NCBI RefSeq assembly: GCF_001194135.2
Contig: NC_068991.1
Coordinates: 22,610,386-22,674,385 of the forward strand
Direction: 5' to 3'
Length of the DNA: 64,000 bases
Origin: Octopus bimaculoides
Lineage: Eukaryota
The position numbers and the translations under genes are program-made. The notes below the pieces were generated by a model, which did not search any database, was not told the origin of the DNA, and was given only the letters and a program-made list of their open reading frames with translations. Position 1 is the first letter of the stretch. Each line of letters begins with the position of its first letter. This document shows, piece after piece, positions 63,590 to 64,000 of the stretch.

Positions 63590-64000
63590 TGTGTTAACCA
63601 ACCCTTGCCACAGCTGTCATCACCTACCCATGCTGCAGCTGTCTCCATCAAGCTTTGCCACAGCTGTGTTCACCAACCCATGGTGCACCTGTGTTCATCA
63701 ACCTATGGTGCAGTTGTGTTCACCAACCCATGGTGCAGGTCTGTTCACCACCTCATGGTACAATTGTGTTTGCCATTCCTTGGTGCAGTTGTGTTCATCA
63801 ATTCTTAGCACAGCTTTGTTCACCAACCCTTGTCACAGCTGTGTTCATTAACCCTCATCACAGCTGTGTTCATTAGCCCTCGCCTCAGTTGTATTCACCA
63901 ACCCTTGACACAGCTGTGTTCAGCTTTTGCCTCATCTATGTTCATCAATTCTTGGCCCGGCTGTGTTCACCTACCCTTAGCACAGCTGTTCACCAATGCT
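63590..64000. repeat. 25-bp minisatellite (consensus CAGCTGTGTTCACCAACCC[AT]TGG[TC][GA]), runs off the window end
   Basis: Units start at 63661, 63686, 63711 and so on; roughly 16 diverged copies. Confidence 0.9.

Overview
AT-rich, repeat-dense animal (eukaryotic) genomic DNA from a gapped draft assembly. The SINE/RTE repeat complement, as I recall it, suggests a coleoid cephalopod, probably Octopus; this is inference, not a database result. The only well-supported host gene content is three consecutive + strand exons of a PACS-family gene (phosphofurin acidic cluster sorting protein, PACS1/PACS2 co-ortholog) at 57283-57342, 59482-59633 and 63299-63350. They have canonical AG/GT sites and compatible phases and splice to QRNFKQKIIALLRRFKASEE-ALDSEADHELVDPDHNPHDIEDLLVDFDDLSDSGPELDTLSVTSTPKPQLR-PFFTDRGNLIEMADIPK. 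I could not find the conserved N-terminal (furin-binding region) PACS exons in the 57 kb upstream. That region is a mosaic of dead DNA transposons (Tc1, mariner, maT-like, piggyBac, hAT and their MITEs), LINE remnants (R4/Dong, RTE, CR1/Jockey-like), several SINE families, and micro- and minisatellites. There is also one CpG-retaining island at about 32.6-33.5 kb. I did not find a convincing new protein-coding system. The best leads are: (1) a possible internal promoter producing a truncated PACS isoform; (2) a SINE that forms head-to-tail arrays via its own (ATT)n tail, which also serves as a landing site for a Dong/R4 LINE; (3) modular SINEs with a shared head and swapped 3' modules; (4) repeat-derived tandem arrays and inverted pairs around the PACS exons. 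Most ORF-track entries are microsatellite or N-gap artefacts.
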